Below the pieces are notes generated by a model. That model was not told where the DNA came from. It did not search any database and was given only the letters and a program-made list of their open reading frames with translations. Shown here one piece after another: positions 27,943 to 36,956 of a stretch of DNA of 64,000 nt. Both the position numbers and the translations under genes were made by a program. The stretch's first letter is position 1. Each line of letters begins with the position of its first letter. Origin of the DNA: a virus (Duplodnaviria; Caudoviricetes). The stretch spans positions 57 to 64,056 of the IMG/VR virus record IMGVR_UViG_3300032266_000694; one strand, written 5' to 3'.

Positions 27943-28509
27943 CTAACTTTTCTTTGTGTAAGCGTGAGCCTCCACCTCATCGTATTCCTCAAGGGTCGAG
28001 CTGATGCCTAGCTCCTTGTCCAGCTCCTCTGGGGTCTCTTCCTTTTTGGTGTAGTAGTTGTCGAGGGGTGTATCTCCGTTGGCGTAGAAGTAGGTCTCGC
28101 CCCAGAATCCAAAGCCCTCGTCAAGGTATGTCATACGGATGTCGGCCTTGATGAGCTTCGCCAGCTTCTCAATGACAGGGAAGGGAGGCGTCCAAGCAGT
28201 TTGGAGGCTGATGGAATCGCCATCGAAGTCCACGGAGTAGCTGTTCCACTTCGTCCCCCAGTTTGCGACACACCATTCATACCAAGTCGGGAATCCATAC
28301 TTTGCTTTGTTGGCATCGTATTGAGCTTGGCGGGTGCGACCTTCATCCGTGTTGAGATCCACCGACCCAGAAGTGATGTTCAACTCCTTGGGCATCGGGA
28401 TGATCTTGTTGAAGTCGAGGAACACCGAGCCTTCGGCTGACAGGTATTCTTTGACCAGCTTCCGTGCATCGGAAGGGAAGTAGAGTCTGACGCTAGTATG
28501 GTTGGGCAT
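27943..28509 (-). CDS. DUF1281/YubB-like ferredoxin-fold protein
   Basis: MPNH...DFNKIIPMP...WYEWCVANWGTKWN...QTAWTPP.PV...YLDEG.GFWG; SD AAGGAG. Confidence 0.8.
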   Translation of the reverse strand: MPNHTSVRLYFPSDARKLVKEYLSAEGSVFLDFNKIIPMPKELNITSGSVDLNTDEGRTRQAQYDANKAKYGFPTWYEWCVANWGTKWNSYSVDFDGDSISLQTAWTPPFPVIEKLAKLIKADIRMTYLDEGFGFWGETYFYANGDTPLDNYYTKKEETPEELDKELGISSTLEEYDEVEAHAYTKKS

Positions 28510-28741
28510 TTGTTTTTCTCCTTTGGTTGGTTGTTATCGTGGAGTCCTCTGCTGTTGCTAACTTTTCCAAACAATCCACCCATAAAAGCAAAGGATGAAC
28601 AAGGATAACCCTATGAAGAACCATTCTTCGTTGGGGGTAAGGGTGGCGATCATCGGCAGAACAAGCTCCTAAACCTTGCGACTGCTTTTTTTCTTTTTAG
28701 GAATGATCTTTTGCCAGCCTTTGCGTAGTTAGATTTCTTTT

Positions 28742-29308
28742 TCATATAAACCTATCCTTTGCCCAAAATCTGCATTCCGCATCGGGCGAGCGGGTTTGTG
28801 TTTCATATTTGGAGAGGGGGTGTTTGCAGACCACTCCCTCCCATACCACTTCTTTGCGTAGAGCATTGACGGCCTTCATCGTCTCAATCGCTTGGACGGC
28901 CTCGGACTGCGTGAAGCTTGGCAAACGAAGGAATCGACCTTTGGGAATATCGTCCCAAGGACACTCCAGAAGCACGGAGAGCCAGTCTCTGCGTTCGGTG
29001 TAAGTCCCATCGCCTACGACATCCAACAAGAGAACAGACCCAGCTCCAGTTTTGGTGCGTCGGCCAAGCAACTCGCAATCCAGCCAACGCACAGCCCCGA
29101 AGTTGTATCCGTCGCCCCGCACGACTGACATCACTTGTGAGGCCATCGAGAAAGGTTTGCCGTGTCTTGACCACACGACCCCATCTTGAAGATCTACCAA
29201 GCAACGCCAGCCGTTCGCCTTTGGCTCGAAAGCCCAGTTTGAAAAGGCTTTGTTCTGACTTGCCCCTCTGCAACTGAATGGTCGCAGGGGGTAAGTCAAA
29301 AAGGGCAT
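28742..29308 (-). CDS. ATP-dependent ligase-like nucleotidyltransferase (adenylation domain only)
   Basis: FEPKANGWR (motif I Lys), WSRHG, LDCELLG (III), LLDV (IIIa), EGVVCK (IV), WAKDR (V), then stop. Confidence 0.8.
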   Translation of the reverse strand: MPFLTYPLRPFSCRGASQNKAFSNWAFEPKANGWRCLVDLQDGVVWSRHGKPFSMASQVMSVVRGDGYNFGAVRWLDCELLGRRTKTGAGSVLLLDVVGDGTYTERRDWLSVLLECPWDDIPKGRFLRLPSFTQSEAVQAIETMKAVNALRKEVVWEGVVCKHPLSKYETQTRSPDAECRFWAKDRFI

Positions 29309-29315
29309 ACGCCTC

Positions 29316-29906
29316 TCAAGCAACATAGATCCTCGCAGGGCATACGGCCTGTAACGCCATATTCTGTTCGGGGGTGAGGAGCTTGTGACGCTCGGTGTGG
29401 AACTGCTCGGTGGGTTGGATGCCAGCCTTGATAGTGACAGCCTCGCCACCACCGCACTTGGCGACCAAGTCCCGAAGCCCATCGACGAATGCTTGAGCCG
29501 AGCCAGCGGGGAGCTTTGCACCCTCGACTTTGAAATCGAAGGTCTGACGGAAGCCCGACAAGGCAACTTTCTCGCCAACGATGGCAACGAGGGGAGCAGT
29601 ATCCGTGACAACAGGATAGATCCTCGCACAAGTGATGCGGGCGATGACATTGTCACCGAGCATCTCTGCCGTTGAGGCGGGTTCTTGGCCTTGCGAAGCC
29701 CGCTGATTGTTGAGCTTCCAGAACTCTTGGGAAGCGTGTTCAAGGAGAATACCCTTGGTTGCCTTGAGGACTCCCTCGGCACTCTCAAAGGAGGCCTTGG
29801 CTTCCACGAAGCTAGTCACCGCCTCCGCAGGGCAGGGGATGATAGGCTTCTCGGTTTTCTTCTTCTTTTCCGTCGTCGTAGTGAATCCAGCTAGGTTGAT
29901 GTTCAT
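29316..29906 (-). CDS. Hypothetical protein (196 aa)
   Basis: Motif-defined ATG 29906 (MNINLAGF). Confidence 0.75.
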   Translation of the reverse strand: MNINLAGFTTTTEKKKKTEKPIIPCPAEAVTSFVEAKASFESAEGVLKATKGILLEHASQEFWKLNNQRASQGQEPASTAEMLGDNVIARITCARIYPVVTDTAPLVAIVGEKVALSGFRQTFDFKVEGAKLPAGSAQAFVDGLRDLVAKCGGGEAVTIKAGIQPTEQFHTERHKLLTPEQNMALQAVCPARIYVA

Positions 29907-29931
29907 AAGGTGTAGTCCTTTGGTGTTTCGA

Positions 29932-31880
29932 TTATTCGTCGTCCGAATAGTCTGTATTGATTGTGATGACTCCGAAGTGGAGAACTCCGTCATCGTTCCA
30001 GCACAGGGTTGGGGACTTGAACTCAACCTCTCTGTTTTCGTGTTCCCTGCCTCCGTAGGCCACAGGCACTAGCCCGATCAACCCAGCATCGACCCCATAT
30101 TTTCTCCCACCCTTGTCGAAATAAACTCCGTCTCCGTGCTTTGTGCCAAAGGCAAGGATCTGGTATCCGCCGACCTCGCCCACAGGGTTGCGGAAGTAGT
30201 CGCAGTTTTCGAGCAGGGGAATCCAGTCATCATCACGGATGACATAACAAGGGTCACCCAAGTAATAGCGACCAGCGGGAATAGTAACTTCAAAGGAGGT
30301 TTTTGTTTTTATGATTGTTTTCATATCTGGGAGTCCTTTGGTGTTGCTAAAGAATCTCCTCTGCTTCCAAGATTTTGGATGGCGTGAGGATGACCTTCCA
30401 GCGGGGGTCTTTTTTGTATTCGTAACAGGGGCGGAGGGTTTGGCCGTGGCCTTTGAGTCCCAGCCAGCGGGCAGGGGAATAGGCTACATAGTCTCCGTTG
30501 GGTAAGGCCTCCTCGATCTTGTAGAAAAAGACCGCACCCTTATCGTCTGTGATCCTGTATTCGACCCCGCATTTTAGGATCAAGCCCAGGAGAAGCGTCT
30601 GGAGTAGCTTCATTGTTGCTCCTGTAGGTTTGCAATCGCTTCAGCCTTGCTTGAGCCAAAGCCAACTAGGGAGTCTTCGGCCTCGTTGTCCTTTTCCCAC
30701 GCCTCCCAATCCCAGCTCCTCCAAGGAATAGGCTTGGGCAAGTATGTGGTTGCTATGGTCATTGGATCTCCTCCATCTCGGATTGCGGAATCCAAGTCTT
30801 GTTAAGTCTGTTCCAAGAAGTGTCCTCGGCGGCCTTCGGTGGACGGATGAGCTTGGCCTCGGATATGTCGAGGGCAGACATAAGGATCTGTTCCTTATTC
30901 CAGACGATGATGGGAATACGCCCACCATTGTATCCGACGATCTTCTTCGGGCGACGAACGACATAGTCTCCGTCTGGGGTGACTGCATCGACCTTGCAGA
31001 AGGTAGACCGCCCAGAAGTGTGGGTGATCTTATACTCGCCACCGATGGCAAGGATGATGGCTAGGAACAAGGGGAATAGGCGGTTCACGCCAGATCCCTC
31101 ATTGTCACTACGCCCTCGGCATCGTTGTATTCACGAGGCTCGTGGGGATCATTGACCCGCTGTTTGAACAGGTACTCCCATCTGACGCCGTCGCCTTCCT
31201 CGCCTGTTTCCGTGGAGTAAATGTCGCTCTCCTCGGCAAAGTAGGCGTAATGATATTTCTTGTGGTTGTTGGGGAACATTTGACGGATGCCACGCTCAAG
31301 AATTTGGCGAACAGCCTCCCTGTCGTGCTTGGCGTCAATGGTTAGGCTTACATCTATTTGGAGTCTTACTTCTTGTTTCATAAGCTTTAGTCCTTTGGCG
31401 TGGCTATTTTTCGGTACTTTTTGCCAAAAGCTTTGTCCAAGGCTTTTTTGACGCACTCGTTTTTGGAGAAGCCAACATTTTCCAAGGGGAACGAGTCCGA
31501 AATTGCGTCACCTTTGGTTTCGTTGAACCAATGACGCACTCCGCCTTCAATGTCGGCAAGCAATTCGCAAGCCTGTTTTTGAGACAAGGTGTTGCCGTGG
31601 CGAACTGCAATGTCTTGAACATCTTCCCAAGTGATTTCGAATTTGAGTTTGGTAATCATTTGGACACCTCTTCCCATTGAGACTTCGTGACGGAATAAAT
31701 GTCGTAATGGCTTTGAAGCCCAAAACTTCGCAGGAACTTCAGCAAATCTGGGCTGACAAAGCCGTAGGCCACAGGGTTGCGAACTCCGATGGTTGGGTTG
31801 GTAGCGTGAATGTCCACCCAGTAGAGGTGGGTTAATGGTTTGGTTTGCGGGGTTATTTTGATTCTGCTTTTTGTTTTCAT
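29932..31880 (-). CDS. Run of small hypothetical genes (29932-30324, 30347-30613, 30610-30762, 30759-31088, 31085-31381, 31387-31659, 31656-31880)
   Basis: ATGA coupling or motif-defined starts. 29932-30324 has the common phage motif YYLGDPCYV...VDAGLIGLV. Confidence 0.65.
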
Positions 31881-31902
31881 GTGTTGGTGTCCTTTCGTGT
31901 TG

Positions 31903-32508
31903 CTACGGATTGGCCTCGAAGAACGCTTGAGCAAACCCAGCAGGGGTGACTGATCGCAGTTCTTTGGTCTTCTCGCTGTTGCCACCCAGCTTCGCCCACA
32001 TCCACGAACCTTTCTGACCCTTGGAGTTGGTATACATAATGGGACGTACTGGATTGCGTACAGGAGGCATCTTGAACTTGCCCCACAGACCAGTTTTCTT
32101 GGTGTAAGGATCGCCGTACTGCCAAGGCTGGAAGTAGGTCGGGCCGAAGTATTCCATTTCGGGGAAGAGGCTGTTGATGCGACCCACAGGATTCTCGATG
32201 ACCCACCACTTGGGATCTGTCTTCTGGATAATCCACATAGTTTTGTGGAGTAGCTTCAACCCCTCGGAGGTGCGTCCGTCCTTATCCTTGGCGGAGAAGT
32301 GCCTAGCCCCAGAGACGCAGAAGTGAGTGCAGGGAGGGGCGGCCAAGATGCCGTGGATCTTTCCAACCTTATCCAGCCAAGCCTCGGTGATGTCTAAAAC
32401 ATCGTCGCCGTGCTTGATGTCTACTTGGATCGTTTTGTAGCCAGCCTCGTGATAAGGCCGTGACCACGCACCAGAGTAGTCGAATAGTGACAATATCGTC
32501 ACCGCCAA
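31903..32508 (-). CDS. C5-cytosine DNA methyltransferase (short phage type)
   Basis: LSLFDYSG (motif I), LAAPPCTHF (catalytic PC), WVIENPVG, YTKKTGLWG. Confidence 0.88.
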   Translation of the reverse strand: MAVTILSLFDYSGAWSRPYHEAGYKTIQVDIKHGDDVLDITEAWLDKVGKIHGILAAPPCTHFCVSGARHFSAKDKDGRTSEGLKLLHKTMWIIQKTDPKWWVIENPVGRINSLFPEMEYFGPTYFQPWQYGDPYTKKTGLWGKFKMPPVRNPVRPIMYTNSKGQKGSWMWAKLGGNSEKTKELRSVTPAGFAQAFFEANP

Positions 32509-33245
32509 CCCCGCTCGCCACGACGAATGAAGATCTTGCCCTTGGAGTACTTAATCTCCATGACAGGGGCTCCCGACGAATAAGACTCTGCGATGTGTTC
32601 CGCAAAGGTGTCAGTTACCGCCCCACCGCTGATATCGATGATGGGCTTGTCACCCTTGCCAGAGACCTTGAACTTGCCCTTGGGATTTAGGCTGAGATCA
32701 ATTTCTCCTTGGTGAGGGGAGATCACCCCCTCCTTGTTCATTCGGGCGACCTTGCGACAGACTCGGTCATACCGAGTGCCGACTTCGAACCCCGCCTCCA
32801 CGAGGCGTTTGCCTTCCAGCCAGATACGGCTCGTTCCCTTGCCGTGGTTAGTTCCGATTATGGTTAGTTGTGTTTTCATAAGTCATAGTCCTCTCGTGTT
32901 GCGAAAATCGTATGGGTCGGGCAAAGTGAAGAGCTTTGCCTTGCTGTGGTTCTTGACGTTCTCGGCGTGCTTGGTGTCCTTGTTTCTTCGTACCTTGTGG
33001 GGCGATGGTGCAACGTGCCCCTTGGCTGGGTTGGCGTTAATGCTGGTCTTGTCTCTGTTCACCCAAATCAATGTTTCGTGGATTGGGTCGTATGAAATAA
33101 CCTCACCTTGGGAAGCCCAGCGATTGATGTAGTCCAAGTAGGACTGAGCCTCTTTGAGGTCGGGGAAGGGGATGGAATAGCCGTCAATCCAGACGTTCCA
33201 TCTGTTTGCGATATACTTGAGTTTATGTATTCCAACCTGGCTCAT
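32499..33245 (-). CDS. Two hypothetical genes (32499-32879, 32883-33245)
   Basis: Each starts at a full or degenerate promoter motif. The first has RIWLEG..L..AGF..G and KPIIDI. Confidence 0.7.
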
Positions 33246-33336
33246 AGGCTGGAGTACGCATCTGCTCCCAAAGCTATGCGTCGCCTATACGCAGAAACCT
33301 TTTGGCTTACTTGGGGGAATAGTCACATTTCGACCT

Positions 33337-33690
33337 ATGGCATTTAGCGCAACACCATCGGGCTGGCTGGGAGCGGGTTATACCCTCTCGGGTAGCGGAA
33401 CTACGGCGGCAATCAATTTCGGGATCAGCGGGAATACCAACGCAACCCTCCCAGAGATCACTACTGCCGAGGCCAACGCAACTACTGGCGACATTCGCAA
33501 GATTTACTACGGAATAGTGGAACAGCTTTACCAATCCTACCTAGCCAAGGCCACAGCAGACAGACCCAACAGGATGACTCTCTCGAAATCCTCAAGCGTT
33601 GATGCAACGACTGGTTTAATTACCACCAATTACACCGTTCAGTTCGTTCTGGCCGCTACTGGGCTGGATGTAACTACTGAATCCGCTTAA
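33337..33690 (+). CDS. Probable virion structural protein (117 aa), orphan late gene
   Basis: Thr/Ala-rich MAFSATPSGWLGAGY...; ATG is 53 nt from a late palindrome. Confidence 0.6.
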   Translation: MAFSATPSGWLGAGYTLSGSGTTAAINFGISGNTNATLPEITTAEANATTGDIRKIYYGIVEQLYQSYLAKATADRPNRMTLSKSSSVDATTGLITTNYTVQFVLAATGLDVTTESA

Positions 33691-33741
33691 TTTTTCCACC
33701 TTACGCTTGACCTCGCTTTTCGTGAGGGTACAAGAAAAGGT

Positions 33742-34197
33742 GTGAAGCTATATCAGATAGAGGGAATACCCTCACTTGAGCAGTTGAAGAAGGAACATCC
33801 ATTCACCATTTCTGGAATACTTACCGAGGATGAGAGCCTTGTGGCCTTAGTCGGGCCGAATGTGGAAAGCCAGACTTGGACGGCGATGATCTCGATTAAG
33901 AAGAATACAGATACTTGGTCGACCAGAGCTTTCCTGTGGTGTCACCCAGAGCCGATGAACATCCTTTACGAGAAGTGGGGAGTGGATGTGCAACCTCCGT
34001 TCCAATGGGCAAAAATGAAACAGGCACCAGGACACGGATTGGAATGGCAGATCGAGGAGAGTGCAGGGGATATGACAGACGCCTTGGAGAAGACCTTGGC
34101 AAGTATCACCAAATGCAGACAGGGAACTCGCTTGGCTATGGCTCACTTAAAGGCAGAGGCCGTCAGACTCCAAGCCAGTCGAGTCAGTCTTAATTAA
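33742..34197 (+). CDS. Hypothetical protein
   Basis: 151 aa ORF preceded by TTGACC-N16-TACAAG-N7-GTG (possible sigma70 leaderless promoter). Confidence 0.6.
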   Translation: MKLYQIEGIPSLEQLKKEHPFTISGILTEDESLVALVGPNVESQTWTAMISIKKNTDTWSTRAFLWCHPEPMNILYEKWGVDVQPPFQWAKMKQAPGHGLEWQIEESAGDMTDALEKTLASITKCRQGTRLAMAHLKAEAVRLQASRVSLN

Positions 34198-34493
34198 AGA
34201 ATCGTAATTAACTGGGAGGCTTCCAGTAGTTTGAGCTTCGTACTCTTCTCGCCTTTTGGGCCAAGGATAAGGCCACGACCACCGACCTTAGTTTTCCCAA
34301 TTAGGAACTCGCCCTTGTGCCGTTTCGATGGCTCTTTGACGCTCCAGTCTTCGTCCACGAATAAAACATCGCTACCAATTCCTATGGCCTCGATGTAGCC
34401 GCCGACCAAATTCTGAATCCCAGCCAGATCGCCCTTTATCTGAATTTCGCTAATTGCTGGAGTTGCCTTCGGATCTATTAAAATTGCTCTCAT
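34194..34493 (-). CDS. DUF3846-like protein
   Basis: AILIDP...LAGIQNLVGGYIEAI...LFVDED...VGGRGLILG. Confidence 0.7.
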   Translation of the reverse strand: MRAILIDPKATPAISEIQIKGDLAGIQNLVGGYIEAIGIGSDVLFVDEDWSVKEPSKRHKGEFLIGKTKVGGRGLILGPKGEKSTKLKLLEASQLITIL

Positions 34494-34668
34494 TGCGTAA
34501 GCGTCCTTTTCTGTTTCGGGACTTCAATAAGTAATCATCCAATATGTCGTGCATCAAGACAGATAGGGTAGTCTGTTTTTTAATTGCGTGTTCCCGTAGT
34601 TTCTCCTTGAGGAGAGTTGTAGCCCAGAATCCCATGAACTTTCTGGCTGGGTGACGCTTATTCGGCAT
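34450..34668 (-). CDS. Ribbon-helix-helix regulator
   Basis: FMGFWATTLLKEKLREHAIKKQTTLSVLMHDILDDYL fits the RHH pattern; located at the divergent control region. Confidence 0.65.
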   Translation of the reverse strand: MPNKRHPARKFMGFWATTLLKEKLREHAIKKQTTLSVLMHDILDDYLLKSRNRKGRLRNESNFNRSEGNSSN

Positions 34669-34725
34669 TCATAAGTACCAGTACCCAATCTGGGGCATGC
34701 AGGGCAACACCAATATGAAGTCTAT

Positions 34726-34755
34726 GGTGTTCAACACCTTGCGGTGTTTTACACC
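34726..34755. promoter_or_regulatory. Tandem palindromic operators GGTGT-N3-ACACC
   Basis: ggtgttcaacacc 34726-34738 and ggtgttttacacc 34743-34755 lie between divergent genes. Confidence 0.65.
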
Positions 34756-34804
34756 TTTTTTTGGATTTGATAGATTAACTATTCCTTGGTTTTATTCCTA
34801 AGTT

Positions 34805-35741
34805 ATGAGGTTAATTTCGGTGCATCCACCTTATAGCCCAGAGAGGACAATAGGGTCGTGTTTAAGTCCTATAAACCATGGGGTTATGACTCTTTCGCAC
34901 GGAATAGTACACGATTGTATGAAGAAATTAAGGTATTGCCCGAGCAGAAGCATGGGAGGGGAGTCGTGGGGACAACTCGCCGTCGGCTTCAAAGCGGGAG
35001 CAGATTGCATTCTGACGGAGGTAGACGGCCGTTGGTACGTCAAGTCGGAGAAAGGATCTAACACCTACCCGCTCAGTCACGAGGCACAGGTAGAATCAGA
35101 GTTCCAGCCTGTCCTGTCTTGCTGGCGAGGCTCTAGGAAGGGCTGTGTGGACTGCTCCAGAGCCTGTCCAGAGATCGATCCCGCAGTCAAAGCGAGGCGT
35201 GAAGCCCTAATGTCGCCCGCTGTCGTCGCTTCCCAGAGGGCTAGAAAAAAAGTTGAAAGATTTTTGGTGACAAATGAGATCGGTTTAGCAATCTCTGGTG
35301 AATGCACTTCCGAGAAAGTCTCCAACTTAATGCGAATTCTCGGGCAAAAAGGTGGGAGAGCTAAGAGTGAAAAAAAGCGTCTCGCCGCAAAAAGAAACAT
35401 CCTCAAGCGTTGGGCTACCAAGCGCTGTATCTGAAATTCGATACAATATTTATGGCGAGCAGAAGAATCTGGTTGGTATCGACTGCGTCATTTCCGAGAG
35501 CGAATTGCAGATACCAAACGCTGTAAAATCCGAGCCTCTTAAAAATTTTTGGTCAAATGTAGCGGTTGGTAATCGTAACCCCTTAAAGGGAATCTCCTCC
35601 TCAGTCCTCGCTAAACGACTGGGCTTTTCGCTCTGCCAAGTTTTCGAGTTGATCGAAGCTGGCTCAATTATTTGCCGAAACGGACTTATCCCTGCGGAGG
35701 AGGCCGAACGCCTTCTCCAACCCAAAATAGAAAAAGTATAG
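34805..35741 (+). CDS. Two hypothetical genes (34805-35434; ORF ending 35741, HTH-like)
   Basis: First ends GQKGGRAKSEKKRLAAKRN (KGG basic motif). Second has SSSVLAKRLGFSLCQVFELIEAG; its start is uncertain. Confidence 0.55.
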
Positions 35742-35748
35742 GAGAACA

Positions 35749-36618
35749 ATGACTCAACCAATAATGACCCCAGAATTGTACACACAGCTTGCAGACCCAA
35801 CTGCTTTGCATCGTCGTTCCATTGCAGTTGCCAACGCCGTCCGTGAAGGAGTGCTTGGACAGACAATCGAGATTCAAGGAAAGAAATATATCCAGTCCCC
35901 AGGTTGGGCGATGATGGCGAACGCATTTGGATTCGTAGTCAGCGGTGGTGAAGTTCGCAAGGAAGGCGAAGGATTTGTTGCCAAAGCCTACCTAAAACGT
36001 GTGGATGACGGAGTAGTGGTGGCAGAGGCCGAAGGATATTGTGACCGCACAGAACCCCGCTGGAAGTCAGCCCCCGAGTACGCAGTCAGATCAATGGCAC
36101 AGACTCGTGCGGCGTCCAAGGTTTGTAAGATGGCTCTGGCCTCTTGCGTGCCTTTGATGGGAGTAAAGAACCTCTCTGTCACCCCAGCCGAGGAAGTGCC
36201 AGAAGGTGGCTTCTCTTCTTCCTACGCAACCCAAGCCCCTGTGAAGATCGTCTCTACTCCAGCTCCAGCCCCCAAGCTCGAGATCGTCAAGGAAGAGGAG
36301 AAGTCCCTCAAGAAAGACTTCGCAGAGGCGATTGTTCGGGAAGCCAAGGCGATGCCAAAGCGTGACCCCAACGCCCCGACTCGTGATATGGCTCTGACCT
36401 TTGGGAAGTACAAGGGTCTGACCATTCGCCAAGTTGCCAAGGATGAGGATGGTCTTCGCTACCTCGAATGGCTGGCCTCCCAAGACTTGAAATTGGCCAA
36501 TGACGGCAAGCCTTTCAAAAAGGATGTCGAGCGTAACGAGATCATTGCCGAAGTGCTGATTGAAAACCCTGAGAAACCTCAAGGAGGAGCCGATGAATCT
36601 GATGACCTCCCCTTCTGA
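35749..36618 (+). CDS. Putative ssDNA-annealing recombinase with SSB-like acidic tail
   Basis: IQGKKY...AEAEGYC...E.RW...YAVRSMAQTRA.SK, a C-terminal TFGKYKG domain and DDLPF end; SD AGGAG. Confidence 0.7.
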   Translation: MTQPIMTPELYTQLADPTALHRRSIAVANAVREGVLGQTIEIQGKKYIQSPGWAMMANAFGFVVSGGEVRKEGEGFVAKAYLKRVDDGVVVAEAEGYCDRTEPRWKSAPEYAVRSMAQTRAASKVCKMALASCVPLMGVKNLSVTPAEEVPEGGFSSSYATQAPVKIVSTPAPAPKLEIVKEEEKSLKKDFAEAIVREAKAMPKRDPNAPTRDMALTFGKYKGLTIRQVAKDEDGLRYLEWLASQDLKLANDGKPFKKDVERNEIIAEVLIENPEKPQGGADESDDLPF

Positions 36619-36956
36619 TTTTTCGATCTGGAAAGAACTCCTGTCATGGATCCACACCATCGTCTTTGTCTTGTTTGGCGTAGGGCTGGGGGTGTCGGGT
36701 CTCGTTTTCTTGGTGGCTTGCTTTTGCACAGCCATCGACTGGGTGCGGAAGGAGCTAATAGATTGAAAATAAATAAAATGAAGACTGCCTCAATCAAGGA
36801 GGCCATCGACAGGCTTGAGGCAATGCGAAGCGGTAAGTGGACGGCTGAACAGGACAAGAAGACTTGGTCGGAATTCCCGAAAGGTCGGGAGACTGGAAGC
36901 CTCTACTACAAACATCTGAGAAACGAAATACAGGCGAGAGCCTCGGAGGGTGCAAT

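Larger units (their letters stand above)
22734..32902 (-). promoter_or_regulatory. Family of 13 dispersed motifs GCAACAC-N4-GGACT-N7-A(TG): putative leaderless early promoters
   Basis: 16-nt cores at 22734-22749, 24128-24143, 24777-24792, 25296-25311, 26076-26091, 26749-26764, 27928-27943, 28543-28558, 29914-29929, 30332-30347, 31389-31404, 31888-31903 and 32887-32902. A degenerate copy is at 33253-33268. 12 of 13 are followed after exactly 7 nt by ATG. Confidence 0.85.

Noticed and set aside
29309-29788. N-terminal extension of the 348-aa ligase ORF
   Set aside because: It overlaps the motif-led 29316-29906 gene in another frame; ligase motifs start only after ~29308.
22734-32902. Repeats read as a CRISPR array or integron attC sites
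   Set aside because: The copies are degenerate 16-mers separated by whole genes, not palindromic, and no cas genes or tyrosine integrase are present.
22734-32902. Motif as sigma54 promoter, T7-type promoter or simple Shine-Dalgarno
   Set aside because: It lacks GG-N10-GC spacing. GACT sits at the T7-like -11..-8 position but no single-subunit RNAP was recognised. Several copies read ACGGAC (poor SD), and one copy is not followed by a start codon.
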